64,000 nt of DNA, from assembly GCA_965116475.1 (NCBI GenBank), contig OZ220691.1:96001-160000 (forward strand). The letters are read 5' to 3'. Under the pieces are notes generated by a model, which saw nothing but the letters and a program-made list of their open reading frames with translations, did no database searches and had not been told where the DNA came from. The position numbers were made by a program, and so were the translations under genes. The first letter of the stretch is position 1. Every line of letters begins with the position of its first letter. Shown here in pieces: positions 9,226 to 24,400 of this stretch. This DNA comes from Gemmatimonadota bacterium (GTDB lineage: Bacteria > Gemmatimonadota > Gemmatimonadetes > Palauibacterales > Palauibacteraceae).

Positions 9226-12200
9226 TCAGATACGGCGTGCCACGATGTAACGATATGCGACCGGAATTGCGACGAGGACAAACAACGTGCTCGAGATCAG
9301 CCCGCCGATGGTCGCCAGCGCGAGCGCGTTCCAGATGTTCTGATCCTGGGAGGGGGCGAAGAGGACGAGCGGCAGGAGTCCGAACACCGTCGTGAGCGTC
9401 GTCATGAGGATGGGGCGCACGCGCTCCAGCGTCCCCTGCACGATCGCCGCGACCGTCGGCATGCGTTTGCGCACTTCGCCGATGTGGTAGACGACAAGGA
9501 TGGCGTTGTTCACGACGATGCCGCCCATCATGATCGTGCCGATGAACGCGGTGCGGGTGAAGGTCGCGTCGGTGTAGAAGAAGATGAGGAAGACGCCGAT
9601 GAGGGCGAAAGGCAGCGAGAAGAGCACCACGAACGGCGCCAGGAGCGACTCGAACAAACCGGCCGTGACCATGTAGATGAGGAGGACGGAGAAGGCGAGG
9701 ACGACCCACATCTGCGTCGTCTCCTCCGTCGTCCAGCCCCCGTAGCGCGATTTTTCGATCCGATAGCCCGGCGGGAGTTCCATCGCGTCCACCACCGCGT
9801 CGCGCACGACATCGCCGAACCGCACCGGCCCCCGGAACTCCCAGGCCACGGTCCGCTCGTACTGCTGGTCTTCGCGCCGGATGCTGGCCAGGACCTGTCG
9901 CTGCCCCACCTCCGCCACGTTGGCGAGCCGGAGTTCCTCGCGGGAAGAGATCGGCACGCGCAGATCGCTCAGGTCGTGGAAGTCGAACTCGCGGTATCCG
10001 TCCACCTTGACGGCGTACTGAACTTCCTCGCCGCCCACCCGGATCCGGCTCCTAGATGGCCGGCCCTGGATGTTGCTCGACACGTAGTTGAGCAACTGCT
10101 GAACGGGGAGGTTGTAGGCCGCCAGCGCCTCCCGGTCCGGCTCCACGTAGTACTCGAACTCCTTGTCGCGCTGATACCAGTTGCCGCTCGCGTTCGGGTC
10201 CACGTCGCGGATGCGCGAGAACCGCGTCAGGCGCGACGCGATCTCCTCGGCGATCTCCTGCACCGTCAGGTAGTTGTACCCGAGCACCTGGAGGCTGTAG
10301 TTGGGCGGACTGGAGCCGCCTCCGTAGAAGCTGGGACCGTAGCCCCGCACAAAGACGTCGACGCCCGAGAACCCGTAGCTGTAGGCCGTCATCTGGTCCT
10401 TGATGGCCACCGGGATCGACGTGTGCTCGAGTTCGTCGGGGAATTCCGCGCGCATGCGGGCGAAGTTCGGATAGACCTGGGCCGAGAAGCGCTCCACCTC
10501 GTCGATCGTGGCGAGCTTCGCCTCGAAGGAGCGCACGAGTTCGTCCGTGCGCTGCAGCCCCGCGCCGCGCGGGAAGCTGATCGTGATCGAAATGAAGCTG
10601 TCGTTCCCGCCGAATCCGCTCCAGTAGCTCCCCCGGCTCACGTGCTCGTCGAACAGGTACCAGCTCCCGGCGAGGCTCCCGAGGCAGAGGATCGCGACGA
10701 GGACGGGGTGCCGCAGCGCGAACCCGAGGAGCGACCGGTATCCCGCGATGTAGAAGGGCTCGGACGGCCGAGTCGGCGCCGACGTGGCCTCGCCCGTCGT
10801 GAGGGACGAATCGACCACCGCCCCGGCGGAATCCCGCATGCGGGCCACGCGCGAGGCGAGGGCCGGGACGAAGGTGAACGCCACGAACAGGCTCGCGATG
10901 ATCGAGAAGCCCACCGCGAAGGTGAGCGGCAGGTAGTAGACCCGCAGCTCCCCCTGCAGGAAGAGGAAGGGGACGAGCACGATCGCGGTCGTCAGCGTCG
11001 CGGCGAGCACGGGCAGGACGACCTGGCGCGCCCCGCGGCTCGCGGCATCGGATGGGCCCGCCCCCGATCGGCGGTGACGCTCCACGTTCTCGAGCACGAC
11101 GATACCGTTGTCGACGACGAGGCCGAACCCCCACGCGAGCCCCCACAGCGTAAGCAGGTTGAGCGAGAACCCGCCGATGTAGAGGAAGTTCACCGCGGTC
11201 AGGACGCTGAACCCGATCGTCGCGAACACGACGAGGACGGCGCCGAGCGAGCGCAGGAAGAGCGTAAGGACGATGAAGATCACGATGGCGGCGGCGATGG
11301 CGCGCAGCCGAAGCTCCGTGAGCTGCTCGCGGATGTTCTCGCTCTGATCGCTCGTCAACTCGAGACCCACGCCCGCGGGGAGCGTCGCGCCCAACTCGGT
11401 CATCGCGGCCTTCACGGCGTCCGCGACCTGGATCACGTTCGTGCCCGACTGGCGGAACACGCTGATCGAGATCGTGGGCTGCGAATTGATGCGCCAGAAG
11501 AACATCGAGTCTTCCGTCTGGTCGCGGACCTGCCCCAGATCGCCCACGCGGACGGGCCCATCCGGCCGCGTGAGGACGATCATGTCCGCGATGTCGGACA
11601 CCTCGAGCGCCCGGGTGCGCACGGCGATGGCGAACTGCCGGCCGTCGAGTTCGACCGATCCGGGGGCCCTCGGCTGGGAAAGCTCGGAGATCCGGCGGCT
11701 GACCTCCTCCGGCCTCAGCCCGAGCGCCTCCAGCCGGCCCCGGTCCAGTTCGACGGCGATCTCGCGGCGCTCGGCCCCCCGGACGTTCACCTCGGACACG
11801 CCCGGCAGCCCCCGCACGAAGGGCGCGATCTCCTCGTCGGCGATCTCGCCCAGGCGCGCGAACGTGTAGGGGCCCGTGAGGGAGAAGCTGAGGAGTTCCT
11901 CTTCTTCCTCGGCGAATTCCGCCGGGACGTACTCGGAGAGGTCGGGCACGACCCCGTCGGGCAATTCGTCGCGGATCGAGTTGATCCGCTCGCTCAGCTC
12001 GAGACGGGCAAATTCCATGCGTGTCTCGCGCTCGAAGTCGACCGTGATCCGGGCGGTGGAGCCGGTCCCGCGCTGATCGGCTTGGGACACCGAGATGACC
12101 TTCTCGACGCCGCCGACCTGCTGGATGACGGTTTCGAGCGGCGCGGTCACGGACGCTTCCAGCGCCTCGGGCGATGCTCCGTTCCAGGTGGCCGTGACCG

Positions 12201-12326
12201 TGAGACTGGGGAACTCGACTTCGGGCAGGTCCTCGACCGGGATGAGCCGGAAGCTCGTCACGCCGAGCGCGAAGAGCGCGATGTAGATGGCGGCGGTCGC
12301 CACCGGCCGGCGGATGGCCAGATCGA

Positions 12327-12330
<4 letters not shown>
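9226..12330 (-). CDS. RND efflux permease (AcrB/AcrD/AcrF family), subunit 2
   Basis: 1034 aa; RRPVAT N-terminus, GLVVDNGIVVLENV, GIVVNNAI and RVRPILMTTLTT motifs. Confidence 0.93.
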
Positions 12331-15755
<3,425 letters not shown>

Positions 15756-15757
15756 AG

Positions 15758-17134
15758 CTAGGGCCTGCCCTCCATGTACTCGGCCAGGCTCGACCACGCG
15801 ATCAGGTAGTCGTACCGGTTCTGAGTCAGCGACGTCTCCGCGCGCTGCACGGCATCGATCGCGCCTTGCAGCTCGAGGAAGCTCCCGGTGCCGAGCCGGT
15901 AGCGTTGCTGCTCCATGTCGAGACGTTCGCGCGAGATCGCGTAGGCCCGGTCCAGCAGGTCGAGGGTCTGCGCCAGCGCCTCGATCTGGGCGCCGAAGCG
16001 CCGGACATCGCGTTCGATCTCGAGCCGCGCCCGCCGATAGTCCTCCTCGGCCTGCCGCCTGGCCGCCGATGCCTGGGCGTTCTGCACCTCACGAGCGAAG
16101 CCGTCAAAGAGATTCCACGAGGCCGAGATGCTGAAGCTACTGCTGGTGTCGCCGGGGTCGAACTGCCAGAACGACGCATCCGCACCGAAGGTCTCACCGC
16201 GTCCCCAGTTGAGAGACGCGGTAATCTGCGGCAGATACCTCGTGCGGGCGGACCACAGCGACGCGGACGCCGCAGACCGATCCGCCTCCAGCGCGGCAAG
16301 TTCGGGGTCCGTCGTCACGGCGGTGCGGATGATCGACTCGATGTCCGGCATGCCCGCCGGCATGCCTTCCTCGCCGGCCAGGACAAGCCCTTCGCCCGAC
16401 TCGGGCGGCAGCCCCATCGAGACCACAAGCTGCCGGAGACCGACGCGCAGCAGGTTCTGCTCCGAGAGAAACCGCATTCGGGCATCCAGGAGGTTCAACT
16501 CGGCAGCGAGCACGTCGGTGCGTTCGACGGCGGCGATCTCATACCGGCGACTGGCGATGTCGAGTTCAGCTTCGCGGTCGGCGATCTGGGCTCGCGTCAA
16601 CTCCAGCAATTCCTGACGCCGCAGAGCATCGAGGAACTCTCTCCTTACCGTCGCGATGACGGCGCGTTGCTGGTCGTCGTAGCGCCGCTGGGCGCCGCGG
16701 AAACTGGCCGCGCTCCGCTGAAGTTCCGCGAACCGCCGGCCCCCATCGAGGATCGTCAGGCTGAGACCCAGCCCCTGATTCGCGGACTGGTTGGTAAAGG
16801 TGAGACGCTCCTGCAGCCGTGCCGCCGGTCCTTCCTCGGCTTCGAAGGTGGATCTGGTAGAACTCGAACGACCCAGCCCCAGGTTCAGGCCCGCCCGCGG
16901 AAGAAACGCCCCCCAGGCCGCGAGCCGGTCAGCGCTCGCCCTGTCCGCCGCGGCAAGGGACGTCCGCAGCACGGGGCTTTCGTTCATGGCGACTCGGACC
17001 GCTCTCTCAATGTCGAGGGTGTCCGGGAGCGTCGGTCCCTGCGCGGCCGCCGGCGATGCGGCTGCAAGTCCCCCCGTGGCCAGCAAGGCCGTTGCAAGCA
17101 CCCGCCGCATGGGCGAGGTCACGGCCAGCCTCAC
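15758..17134 (-). CDS. TolC-family outer membrane efflux protein
   Basis: Signal peptide, two OEP repeats (AFLPRAGL / YLPQITASL, SWNLFDGF, RYRLGTGSFLEL), and its position in the RND operon. Confidence 0.88.
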   Translation of the reverse strand: MRLAVTSPMRRVLATALLATGGLAAASPAAAQGPTLPDTLDIERAVRVAMNESPVLRTSLAAADRASADRLAAWGAFLPRAGLNLGLGRSSSTRSTFEAEEGPAARLQERLTFTNQSANQGLGLSLTILDGGRRFAELQRSAASFRGAQRRYDDQQRAVIATVRREFLDALRRQELLELTRAQIADREAELDIASRRYEIAAVERTDVLAAELNLLDARMRFLSEQNLLRVGLRQLVVSMGLPPESGEGLVLAGEEGMPAGMPDIESIIRTAVTTDPELAALEADRSAASASLWSARTRYLPQITASLNWGRGETFGADASFWQFDPGDTSSSFSISASWNLFDGFAREVQNAQASAARRQAEEDYRRARLEIERDVRRFGAQIEALAQTLDLLDRAYAISRERLDMEQQRYRLGTGSFLELQGAIDAVQRAETSLTQNRYDYLIAWSSLAEYMEGRP

Positions 17135-18393
17135 CGCGAACCGTCCGTGGAGCCGCTCTCCGAGCTATCCGTTGCGCCATCCGGGGCGGGGTCCGCCGGC
17201 GTCGCGAGGTCGCCGTGGTTCTCGATCCGCACCTGCGCGTCGTGCGTGAGGGTGGCGTGACCGTCAACGAGCACGACTTCCCCGCCCGCCGGAACGAAGG
17301 TGTCGTCGCCGTCCGGGCTGTGGATGATCTCGACCTGCGTGTCGTTCTCGAGGCCGAGCGTCACGTACTCCCACTGAGCGCGCCCCGTGTCCGAGCCCGG
17401 CCCCCCCGGCTCGAACACGAACACGACCTGCCGCCGGCTCCGCTCGACGACCGCTTCCTTCGGCACGAACGTCCGGTCCGCGAGTTGACGACCGGCGATC
17501 CGCACGTTCCCCGGCATGCCCGGCACGATTCGAGCCTCGGGATTCGACAGGCGCACGGTGACCCGCGCTGTCTGCGTCTCGGGATCGACGAGAGGGTTCA
17601 CGCTCACGACGCGCCCCTCGAAGATCTCTCCCCGAAGCGCGGGGAAGGTCGCCGTTGCCTGTCGCCCCACCTCCACGAGCGGGAGTTCGGAGTGGAGGAC
17701 CCCGGCGTCGATGTCGATCTCGGAAAGGTCGACGATGGTCGCGATCGAATCGCCCGATCGGACGCGGCTGCCGTGCGCCACGGCGAGGTTCGCCACCAGG
17801 CCGGCGAAGGGGGCGACGATCCTGGTCTTCTCCAGTTCGTAGCGCGCTTCCGCGAGTTGCGCCTCCTGATCGGGGAGGCCCACCCGAATGCGGGCCTGCT
17901 CAGCACGAGCCAGCCGGATCGAATCCGGCAACTCCTCATCGAACAGCACCCGGTCCAGATACTCTGCCTCCGCACGCGCCACCGCGGCTTCCACCCGCTG
18001 CTCCCGGATCTCGTAGAGAGTGGGGTCGATCCGTGCCAGGAGTTGGCCGGCCCGCACCTGCGTCCCCTCCTGCACCGGCACCGCGGTCACGGGCCCCTGG
18101 ACCTCCGCATGGAGCGGGGCCCGGCGCAGGGATGCGGCCCGCCCGCTCGCCGTGACCCAGAGCACGAAGGTGTCACGCTGGATGACGGCGCCTTCGACGG
18201 GAAGGAAAATGTCCGTGGCGAACGCGGCCGCCGAGGCCGTCCCCCGCACCGCCTCGGCCACGGAATCGGCCGCGGCGTCACCGAAGCTCTGCGGCCCCTC
18301 CTCCTCGTCCTCGTTCAGCCGCATGAAGATGCCGACGACGGCCGCACCCGCGACGAGCAGGACGATCAACGTGACCCAATGACGTGCCTTCAT
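17131..18393 (-). CDS. RND periplasmic adaptor (membrane fusion protein)
   Basis: N-terminal TM, lipoyl half-motifs (VQEGTQVRAGQLLARID; IVAPFAGLV) and NPLVDPETQT. Confidence 0.9.
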   Translation of the reverse strand: MKARHWVTLIVLLVAGAAVVGIFMRLNEDEEEGPQSFGDAAADSVAEAVRGTASAAAFATDIFLPVEGAVIQRDTFVLWVTASGRAASLRRAPLHAEVQGPVTAVPVQEGTQVRAGQLLARIDPTLYEIREQRVEAAVARAEAEYLDRVLFDEELPDSIRLARAEQARIRVGLPDQEAQLAEARYELEKTRIVAPFAGLVANLAVAHGSRVRSGDSIATIVDLSEIDIDAGVLHSELPLVEVGRQATATFPALRGEIFEGRVVSVNPLVDPETQTARVTVRLSNPEARIVPGMPGNVRIAGRQLADRTFVPKEAVVERSRRQVVFVFEPGGPGSDTGRAQWEYVTLGLENDTQVEIIHSPDGDDTFVPAGGEVVLVDGHATLTHDAQVRIENHGDLATPADPAPDGATDSSESGSTDGSR

Positions 18394-18676
18394 ATGCCTC
18401 GCACCGCTGTGTTCCGTTCGCGTGATCGACCAATCCGTGTGGTCGCGGCAAGCTCAATCTATCGCAAGACTATCAACCGGCTATCAACCGTCAGGGATCG
18501 AGGCTTTGACACGGGAACGTATCCCAAGAGTTGTACGGCCCCGGCGACCGGTCGCCTGATTCTGCGGGGGAACCTGGGCGAGGGAGGACACCCGGTCAAC
18601 TAATTCAATAGTAGAGAGGGGACGACGGGAGGTGGGGACGAGCGCAGTGCGGCAGGGCGACGTGCGTCCAAACGGA

Positions 18677-18708
18677 GGGAGGGCGGCATCGCGCGATACC
18701 GCCCTCCC
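18677..18708 (-). terminator. Probable intrinsic terminator after the aminotransferase
   Basis: GGGAGGGCGGTATC-GCGC-GATGCCGCCCTCCC hairpin just downstream of the stop at 18715; the U-tract is weak. Confidence 0.55.
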
Positions 18709-18714
18709 CGCGGG

Positions 18715-19881
18715 TCAGATCCAGTTCTTCTTGCGGAAGTCGGTCATGACCTCGGCGAGCTTCTCCATGTCCGACGGGAGGCCCATCGAGAGCCGGCTCC
18801 AGTCCGTCATGGGCGGGAACGGGCGGCCCACGTTGAACCCGGCCTCGAACATGCGCTCGTTGTAGGTCGCGAGTTCGCCCTTGATCCGGTGCATGACGAA
18901 GTTCGTGTGGCTGGGCAGGACCTCGATGTCGAGCTGGCCGAAGGCGTCGTACATGATCGCCTTCGCCTCGTCGTTCGTCTTCACGCTCTTGGCGAAGAAC
19001 TCGTCGTCGGCGAGCGAGGCGACGGCCGCCACGCCCGCGACGTGGTTGGGCGCGTTTCGCGTCGCGAACGGGAGGACGCGCTGGACGGTGGCCTCGTGCG
19101 CGATCCCGTATCCGAGGCGGATCCCGGCCATCGCGTACACCTTCGAGAAGGTGCGGGCGATGATCAGGTTCGGATGCTGCTCGATGAGCGGGACGAAGGT
19201 CTCGTAGCCCGGATCGTCCGCGAGTTCGAAATACGCCTCGTCCACGAGGAAGAGGTGCTGCTCGCCCTCGTCGCGGAGCCAGTCCATGATCGGCCCGGTC
19301 GCGGTGAGGGTGCCGGTCGGGTTGTTCGGGTTGCAGAAGTAAATGACGCTCGGGGCGGACGACTTCGCGACCTCCTCGCGCATGCGGCCGATGTCGTGGG
19401 CGTAGTCGCTCGTGAGCGGCACCGTCACGTGATCATACGCGAACGGCTGCGAGTAACGGGGGACGTCCTCGTACGTCGGCTCGGCGTAGATGAGACGGCC
19501 GCCGGGCGCCGCCCAGGCCGCCGAGGCGATGCGCAGGATCTCGGTCGAGCCGGAGCCGAAGAAGAGCTGCCCTGGCTTGACGCCGAGGCGCGCCACGAGC
19601 GCTTCGCGCACGAGTTCGCCGGTCGCCCCGGGATAGCGGTTCGCCTCATCGAGCCCGTCGATGATCGCCTGCCGCGCCGATGGAGCGATACCGAGCGGGT
19701 TCTCGTTCGAACTCAGCCGGACGGGTCCGTTGTAGTCGCGTCCCGGTCGGCGGGGGTTGAAGATGGTGTCGAGTCCGCGCGCCGTCGTCGCGCCCGCGAG
19801 GGGTGCGGCAAGAGGTGCGGCGGCGATGCCGGCAACGCCGGCGCCCGTGAGTCCGGCTCGGAGAAACGCCCTTCGCTTCAT
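18715..19881 (-). CDS. PLP-dependent class I/II aminotransferase (HisC-like) with Tat signal
   Basis: MKRRAFL twin-arginine leader; LSSNENPLG, CNPNNPTG, VDEAY and RTFSKVYAMAGIRLGY (PLP lysine). GGAGG RBS. Confidence 0.88.
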   Translation of the reverse strand: MKRRAFLRAGLTGAGVAGIAAAPLAAPLAGATTARGLDTIFNPRRPGRDYNGPVRLSSNENPLGIAPSARQAIIDGLDEANRYPGATGELVREALVARLGVKPGQLFFGSGSTEILRIASAAWAAPGGRLIYAEPTYEDVPRYSQPFAYDHVTVPLTSDYAHDIGRMREEVAKSSAPSVIYFCNPNNPTGTLTATGPIMDWLRDEGEQHLFLVDEAYFELADDPGYETFVPLIEQHPNLIIARTFSKVYAMAGIRLGYGIAHEATVQRVLPFATRNAPNHVAGVAAVASLADDEFFAKSVKTNDEAKAIMYDAFGQLDIEVLPSHTNFVMHRIKGELATYNERMFEAGFNVGRPFPPMTDWSRLSMGLPSDMEKLAEVMTDFRKKNWI

Positions 19882-19998
19882 GTGGCCTCCCTGAAGTTCC
19901 GAGGACGCCGCCACCGCGGGGAGGCAGCGCCCGCCCATGCCTGGTTGAAACATGGCCCGCGCGACCCGGAACGTCCAGCGTGCCGGATCATCCGGCGT

Positions 19999-21297
19999 TC
20001 AACGCGGAGGCGGCGGATCCCGGCGTGAAGGGGGCTCTTCGATCGGCTCGCCGCGTGCGGCTCTTCGTTCCGTGACGAGCAGACGGACTCCGGAAATCGC
20101 GCCGCCCATCAGCGAGTCGATCGCCGCCCGCAGTTCCTCGCCGCTGAGGTTCACGAGCTGTGCCCGCACGTCCTCGGGGAGACGCCGGTAGAGTTGGGCG
20201 GCGCCGCGCTCCCGCCATTCGCGGCGGCGGTCGGCCGCGGTGCGCTCGGCATCCGGCGACTCGGTCTCTCCCTCGCGGAACGCGCCGACCGACGTGAGGA
20301 ACGGGAGCGCAAAGGCGCTGTCGAGGGTGGCGGCGCGCTCGTAGTGCGCCTCGGCCTCCTCCGGGCGGCCTTCGCGGTGCAGCGCGTTGCCCCGGTGGAA
20401 GGCGGCGAGGGCCTCCAGGTTCCGCGTGCCGAGGTGGCTGATGCGGACAGCCTCGGACGGCGGTGGCGTGCCTGAGAGGTTGGCCGCGAGCCGCACCGTC
20501 AGCGTGTCGACGAGTTCGAACACATCGTCGCCCCGGGCGAAGTCGGCCGAGGCGATGGTCCCGTTCTCGAGTTCGATCAACTGGGCGTCGATGCGCATGT
20601 CCTCCGACGACCCCGTCACGCTGCCCCAGAGCAGCAGGCGGGCGCCGCTCCCGCGCGCCACCGTCAGCGCCAGCGCCTCCGGGATTTCCTCCTCCTCGGA
20701 GACGCCTCCCTCCATGAGGAGGTCGTAGAGACTCTGCCGGCCCACCACGCGCAGACCGGGGAGTTGCGCCAGGTTCGTGGTGAGCAGGTCGGCGAGACCC
20801 GAACCGAGCCACTCGAGTTCCGGCTCGGGCACGTTGTTGCGGAAGGGCAGGACCGCGAGCGAGTTGGGCCCAAGGTCGGGCGCCGAGCCCACAAAACTCA
20901 GCGCCCCTTCGCCGTCATCCGCACCGTCCGCGGCCGTGGCTGTCGGCGCGGCCTCCACGCCGCCAGCCTGCGATGGTACCGCGGTCGCGATCCGGTAGGT
21001 GCCGATCGCGCCCAACGAGGCGAGGGTGAGCAGGAGCCAGGCTTCGGCCCGGCGGATGCGCTGGGGCCCGCGCTCGCCGTGAAACCAGCCGATGACGAGA
21101 AAGGCGGGGAACCCGAGGATGGCGAGGAAGACGACCGTGTCGAGGATCTTCCTCGAGAACGCGTAGGTCCCGACGATGAAGTCGGTGATCTCGACGCCGA
21201 GCCAGGCCGCGCCCACGTACACGAGCGCGATCTGCACCATGCGCCGCTTCCGGATCTTCTCCAGGATCGACGCGCCGTTCCCCTCGTTGTTCATCAT
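19999..21297 (-). CDS. Membrane protein with TolB-N/CsgG-like domain and TPR-like C-terminus
   Basis: Three N-terminal TM helices, SLAVLPFRN...GLADLLTTNLAQLPGLRVVGRQS, and a TPR-like AEAHYERAATLDSAFA. Confidence 0.7.
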   Translation of the reverse strand: MMNNEGNGASILEKIRKRRMVQIALVYVGAAWLGVEITDFIVGTYAFSRKILDTVVFLAILGFPAFLVIGWFHGERGPQRIRRAEAWLLLTLASLGAIGTYRIATAVPSQAGGVEAAPTATAADGADDGEGALSFVGSAPDLGPNSLAVLPFRNNVPEPELEWLGSGLADLLTTNLAQLPGLRVVGRQSLYDLLMEGGVSEEEEIPEALALTVARGSGARLLLWGSVTGSSEDMRIDAQLIELENGTIASADFARGDDVFELVDTLTVRLAANLSGTPPPSEAVRISHLGTRNLEALAAFHRGNALHREGRPEEAEAHYERAATLDSAFALPFLTSVGAFREGETESPDAERTAADRRREWRERGAAQLYRRLPEDVRAQLVNLSGEELRAAIDSLMGGAISGVRLLVTERRAARGEPIEEPPSRRDPPPPR

Positions 21298-21426
21298 CGT
21301 CCGTCGTCCGTCATCATCCGCCCGTCCCGATCTCCGGAGGTCGCTGGTCCGCCGCTGAAGGCTTGTCGAGCCTTGCGACACCGCCGGAGCGGCGAACGGT
21401 TGCCGCTCCGGCAGGCCGCGTAACAG

Positions 21427-24400
21427 CTACGGGTTCCGGCGGTCGTTCTCTCCGTCGGGTTCGTCCCAGAACCCGAAGCCTTCCTTCCGCACTACCTCGA
21501 GCGGAACCGTGTGGGTTTCGTCGCCGATCGTGATCGCCACCGTGTAGCTCCCCGGATCGGCCAGACCGCCTCCGCCCCCGCCGCCGGCGAAGAAGCGACG
21601 GAAGGTCGACATGCCGCCCCGGTCGCGGACGGCCTCGCCCACCTGCTGGAAGACTTCGCGCATGGCCGCAGGGTCGGCGCCGCTCCGGGCGGCCGCAGCG
21701 GCAGCCATGGCCGCGGTGCGGCCCCCTCCCCGGCCTCCGCCCCGCCCCGCCTGTCCGGGCGGCGGATAGCGCTCGGCGGGCCGTTCCTGCCAGTCGGCGG
21801 CGCCGCCGCCTCCTCCACCACCGCCGCCGGTGAACATGCGGATGATGGCGCCCTGGTTGCCGCCCTGCATCATGTCGAGCACCTGGTCCATCGTCTCCCG
21901 CGCAACCCCTTCGTGCTCGACGAGCGAGTCTCCCACGGTCTCGTAAAGCCGTGCGGTGCGAAGGCTGTCCAACCGATCCGCGGGCGACGGCTCCCTCGGC
22001 GCGCTCCGCCGGTTGAAGGTCCACCGCACCCGCTGCACGCCGGCCGCGGCCGAACCGTTCAGCGTCTGCACGGTATCGCCGGCCGCGTTCAGGATCGCGA
22101 TCGAGGCCTGGGGGCGGTTTCCACCCCGCGCGGCTACGATGCCAGACACTGTAAAGGTGCGGCCCGCCGTGCCCGCGGGCATTGCAACGGCGCGGCCCGC
22201 CGCCGCGGCGCCCGCAGCCTCCTCCTCGGCCTCTTCCTCTTCTTCGGCCTCGGCCTCTCCAGCCGCCGCCTCTTCCTCGGCCGCCTCGGCCAGCGCCTCC
22301 GCCACGTCCTCCGGGACGTAGTAGGAGATCTGGGCCCCGTAGTCGCCGGCGTCTGCCTGGAAGTTGCTCTGTGCGACGAACTCGCCGCCCACCGGCGGAT
22401 CCCCGAACTGGATCGCCGTCTTCGGCTGGAACACCGTGACGGCCTCCGGCACGCGCCCGCCGTCCAGTTGCTGCAGAAGCGAGATGTCCGCCACGAAGAT
22501 GGAGCGCCCGTGCGTTCCGGCGATGATCTCGCTTTCGCGCGGGTGGATCTTCAGGTCATGGACCGGCACCGTGGGCAGCCCGTTCATGAAGCGCGACCAC
22601 GACCCGCCCCGGTCCGTCGACACGTAGGCCCCCACGTCCGTCCCCACGAAGAGCAGGTCCGGGTTCACCGGGTCTTCCCGGATCACCTGCACGAAATCCG
22701 GCGCGCCGGTCGGGAGGTTCGACGAGATCGAGCGGAAGGTCTCTCCGGCGTCGTCCGTCACGTAGACGTACGGCGTGTAGTCGTCGCGCCGGTGGTTGTC
22801 GAACGTCACGTAGAAGCGGTTCGGGTCGTGGCTCGAAGCCTCGATCCGACTCACGTACGTCCCCTCCGGCACGCCGTCGAAGCGGTCCGTGAGTTCGATC
22901 CACTCCGCCCCCTCGGGCGTCCGCCACACGCGGCCGTCGTCGGTCCCTGCGTAGAGTTCGCCCTCGTTGAGCTTCGACTCGGCGAGCGAGACGATCGTGG
23001 CGAAGTTCTCCGCCCCGGTGACGTCCGGCGTGATGCCGCCCGTCGTGTTGTACGCGATCTCGATCTTCTCCGGGTCCGCGTAGGTGAGGTCGTCGGAGAT
23101 CGGCGTCATCTCATCCGTGTCGTACGTCCACTTCAGGACGCGGTTCGCCCCGATGTACAGCGTCTGCGGGTCGTGCGGGGACAGTTCGAGCGGCGTGTTC
23201 CAGTTGAACCGCATGTCGTAGAGCGCCGAGTCCTGCGCGACGAGGGCCTGCAGCTCCTCGATCTGCGCCACGTTGCCGGCCGGCGGGTTGTCCGGGTCGT
23301 CGCCCGTCAGGATCGCGATCGAGTCGCGCAGCGTCTGCGTGCGCTCGCGCCAGTCCGGATGCTGCAACTGGTGGCGCTCGCCTGTGCGCGTGTTCCGCCA
23401 GTAGATGCGCCCCTGCTGCGATTCCCCGAACACGATGTCCGGGTTCGTCGGGTCCTGCGGCGCGTAGAAGCCGTCGCCGCCCCCGATCGAATACCACATG
23501 TGATTGTCGATGGAGCCGCCGGCGCGGGCGCTCGGGCCGCACCACGTATAGTTGTCCTGCAGTCCGCCGCAGACGCGGTAGGGCGTGTCCATGTTGTAGC
23601 TGACCGCATAGAACTGTCCCATGGGAATACGGTTGGGGAACTCGAAGTTGCCGCCCCGGTCCCACGTAATCGCGATCCCGCCGTCATTGCCCAGTATGAA
23701 GTGGTCCGGATTGGTGGGGTCCCACCACAGTGCGTGATAGTCGACGTGTACGCCCTGGGCCGGGTTGCCGACCGTGCGGCCCCCGTCCCGGGAAAAGAAG
23801 AGGGAGGACCAGTAGATGAAGTCGGGGTCGTCCGGCGACACCCAGACGCCGGAATAGTAGAAGGGCCGCGAGTTGTTCGAGTTCATGAACTCCCACGTCT
23901 CGCCGCCGTCGGCGGAGCGGTACAGACCGGAGGCGTGACGGTCCCCGTTCTCATCCGCCTCCTCTGGAGCTTCCGCCTCGACCATCGCATACATGACCTG
24001 CGGATAGCTCGGCGCGATCTCGATCTCGAGCCGCCCCAGCATGGTCTCGGGGAGGCCGTTGCCCTCGACCTTCTCCCACGTGTCGCCGGCATCGGTGGAC
24101 TTCCAGATCGCGCTCCCGGGGCCGCCGCTGTTGAAGAAGTACGGGCCGCGCACGCGTTCCCAGCTCGTCGCCCACAGGATGTCGGGATTCCGCGGATGCA
24201 TGTCGACATCGACGAATCCCGCCTTGTCGGACACGAAGTTGATGCGCTCCCACGTGTCGCCACCGTCCTTCGTCCGGTAGAGCCCGCGCTCCTCGTTGTC
24301 CCCCCAGGGGTGCCCGAGCGCCGCGACGTACACCCAGTCCGCCTTCGTCGGGTGGACGACGATGCGGCCGATCGCCTGCGTGTCCTCCAGCCCCTTCAGC

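Noticed and set aside
15758-17134. TolC gene as a foreign low-GC insert
   Set aside because: Sampled lines ranged from 34/60 to 44/60 GC, which is inconsistent, and the gene is tightly coupled within its operon.
21560-22300. Poly-Gly/Ala/Glu tracts in the VPS10 protein as a repeat element
   Set aside because: These are in-frame low-complexity linkers with mixed codons, not a DNA-level repeat or mobile element.
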